Below are positions 61,878 through 64,000 of a DNA stretch of 64,000 nucleotides, one piece after another. The stretch is from IMG/VR virus record IMGVR_UViG_3300021387_000285, one strand, 5' to 3'. The translations under genes and the position numbers were made by a program. This DNA comes from a virus (Duplodnaviria; Heunggongvirae; Uroviricota; Caudoviricetes). The notes beneath the pieces were generated by a model. That model did not search any database. It was not told the DNA's origin and saw nothing but the letters and a program-made list of their open reading frames with translations. The first letter of the stretch is position 1, and every line of letters starts with the position of its first letter.

Positions 61878-64000
61878 CCTTAATCCAAATACGTCCGTCA
61901 ACCTAAACATTGTCACTACCCCATTCTGTATAGTCAGGTATTTCACTAACAATACCTACTATACAATCTGGATAGTCTTTAATTTCTTCTCGGGACATAA
62001 TATCAACTGTCCCGCCTGGGGCAGTACAGACTGCCATCCCAGCATGATATTCCTTTCTATTTTTGTATGGGTATACCAATACTCGTCCCGCCACGGCCAA
62101 TGGTGTCTTACACTCATTCGTTTCGCCCATGCAAGTACCAAAAGTATCTGATATAACCTATGCGCCTGGCATCAAACGTTCATTAGCAATTGTTAAAGAA
62201 CCATCATCATTATCAACAACGCAGAAACCTGGTTTAGCATCAATAGTTTTGCGGTATTCAGCATAATCATTAAATACAGCATTATATACTTTACGAGACT
62301 AGAAGTCTACAGTATCTCCTTCACCACTGATGTTGTAAGTTCTAATTCTAGTATTAGTACCATCATAATAAAAACCAGCAGAACTATTTGGAGACATTTC
62401 TGGATATCCTCTTAAAGCTAAATATGTGCTTGCGATAACTGCGCCACCATTCGCAAAGATATGCCCATTACTGGTAACAATACTACCAGCTTGCGCTATA
62501 CTGCCTAATAAGTTTAAGCTAACATTATCTTGCGTCCAACCTTGTGCATTAGGAGAAATCTCCAAAGGTCCTGTCATAGTGTCGCCTGCAATTTTTACAT
62601 ACTTATCACTAATCTTTACTTTTGGATTTTTAGTTTTTTCACTATCATCATAAACAGCATATTGTGCTGTGATATTAAATGTATCGCCAGAACCACTAGT
62701 TAATCCCTTAATAGGAACATCATAAGTATGCCCATTAGTTGTTACCCTAAATGTACCAGTGGCCTGCACATTATTTGGATTAACTTCAGTCAAATTATTA
62801 CCATTAGAATCAGTAAATTTAATACTACTACCAACTTTAACATATTTATAACCGACCATTGTTTTATCAGTTCCACCAGCCATAGGCTCAATGCCAGTTC
62901 CAGTAGAGTTTAATTTATATTCTCCTGTGGCAATCTTTTTAATCCAATCATTCCACGTTTCAATGTTAGCTTTTAATGTAGTAATTTGAGAAGTTAAACT
63001 AACAGATTGATTAATTAAACTCCTCTTCGCTAATAAGGCTGCATCTCTTTTAGCTAAAGCTGCATTAACAACAAGATTTAAATAAGCAGTAACATATTGC
63101 TAGATAGTAATAATATCAGCTGCTGCAGCTACAGTATCAGATTGTTCATACTCTGGATAATTTGTAACTGAGTCTTCTAATTGTATTAAAGCTTGATGTT
63201 CTTCTGGAGTTAAATAACCAGTAGAACGTAATGCAGCAATTAATTCAGAACGTTCTCTTAAAATAGGAACAAAGATAGCATAATGTTTATAAATTTTTTC
63301 ATTCTCTAAATCTTCTGTCCATTTAGCAGCAGTAGAATAAGTATATTCATTATATACATTACCATTTTTAGTATAGTATGTAATACGATTATCATATTCT
63401 TCAAGTCTATTAACAATTAAATAATTGTTCTAGGCAACATTCTTCCATTGTTCTTCAAAGACTGCATATACATGGTTAGGCTCAGGAGACCACCAACTAC
63501 CACTTAAGCTTTGGCCTAAACCATATTTTAAATCATCAACTAATTGGCCTAATGCCATAATAGCATCTCTATCATTCATAGCATCGGCGCTAATACTGCC
63601 ACCATAGGCATCTAACACTGCGCGCCTGCTTTGATAGATTTCATTATTTACTTCATAAACTTTATTCCAATGGGATACTCTATTTTGATAATCGGCAATT
63701 GTGTTTGTTTTTGTAATAATTGCCTTTTTTGCTTCATTAATTCTAACTTTTAATGATTCAGCAAAAATGATATTACCTTTTAGTGTTTCGCTATCACCAT
63801 ATGTTATTTTAATACAAGGAGACCCATCTGTATAATCTTCCCAAATAGGTAAGTCTGTACTGATATCACGCTCATCTTCTTGTATATATTCTATATCTGT
63901 AATAGGATAATTTTTTATGTTAGTTAATAATGATTGTAATGTTGCTTTCTACAACACTACATTATCTACATATCTAGAATCAGATAACATAAACTTTCTC
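61870..64000 (-). CDS. Tail fibre protein with at least 5 in-frame TAG. Its N-terminus lies at or beyond the window end.
   Basis: A single minus frame joins track ORFs 63430-63618, 62299-62883 and 61903-62130. It carries the GDTMTGPL tail-fibre motif and a Cys-containing C-terminal domain. A candidate ATG lies at 63989. Confidence 0.6.

Noticed and set aside
1-64000. TGA (opal) recoding as an alternative explanation for the fragmentation
   Set aside because: TGA cleanly terminates several well-defined genes (dut at 3533-3535, the 13002 ORF's neighbour, the 43473 gene, nrdG). It is never needed in-frame to restore homologues, whereas TAG is needed everywhere.
1-64000. tRNA genes, in particular an amber-suppressor tRNA
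   Set aside because: Scanning the few intergenic stretches over 100 nt (1974-2113, 8126-8247, 11002-11230, 26050-26229, 36836-36977, 61734-61869) by eye found no T-loop GTTCRANYC or cloverleaf candidates. A suppressor, if present, must lie outside this window. I could not run tRNAscan.

Overview
Coordinates here were counted by hand from the ruler, so read ends as about ±3 nt; domain calls rest on motifs recognised by eye, not searches. The window looks like most of the non-structural part of a large, AT-rich tailed phage (roughly one-third G+C by eye), with three minus-strand tail-fibre genes interspersed. Strong GGAGG-type ribosome-binding sites and about 18 near-identical sigma-A-type promoters (TTGAyT-N17-TGnTATAAT) suggest a low-GC Gram-positive host. 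An anaerobic class III RNR (NrdD/NrdG) and BclA-like and SH3b domains point more specifically to a spore-forming anaerobe such as Clostridia; this is inference.

The dominant feature is that TAG (amber) is read as an amino acid, most likely Gln (the genetic code 15 pattern), in many genes. A standard-code ORF track therefore breaks single genes into fragments, and joining the fragments through TAG restores full-length homologues. Examples are the anSME-like radical SAM/SPASM enzyme, NrdD, dUTPase, a RuvC-like resolvase, PIN-PhoH, RecJ-like exonuclease, guanylate kinase, the endolysin, the holin, the tail fibres and the gyrA-like topoisomerase subunit. One TAG falls exactly on the invariant Gln of the PhoH 'GDxxQxDL' motif. 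TGA and TAA still terminate. TAG use is strongly non-uniform. The core replisome genes (DnaE-type Pol III alpha, DnaB-like helicase, primase, LigA, GyrB-like subunit, RecD-like helicase, Sak4-like ATPase) are TAG-free, and so is the 11.2-22.1 kb block. Lysis genes, tail fibres, PhoH, the GIY-YIG protein, the rSAM enzyme and NrdD carry 5-14 TAGs each. No suppressor tRNA was seen in this window.

The candidate new system is at 4.6-8.1 kb. An anSME-like radical SAM/SPASM maturase sits in an operon with two paralogous small proteins. It is convergently paired, across a shared terminator, with a 300-aa protein whose C-terminal ~200 residues are an almost perfect CXXX/CXX cysteine repeat (about 50 Cys). 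Both genes are TAG-recoded.

Other modules:
- An RNA healing and sealing set: Thg1-like 3'-5' polymerase, a T4 Pnk-like kinase with an adjacent metallophosphoesterase, an Rnl-like ligase, a minimal nucleotidyltransferase and a lambda-phosphatase-like enzyme.
- A nucleotide salvage set: NrdDG, Gmk, two nucleoside-deoxyribosyltransferase-like genes and an NCS2 nucleobase permease.
- An endolysin-holin cassette.
- An AT-extreme GT2 glycosyltransferase moron.
- A minus-strand block of BclA-C-terminal-like and low-complexity proteins.
- An over-represented GC-rich palindromic DNA motif, TGCGGCCG(GC).
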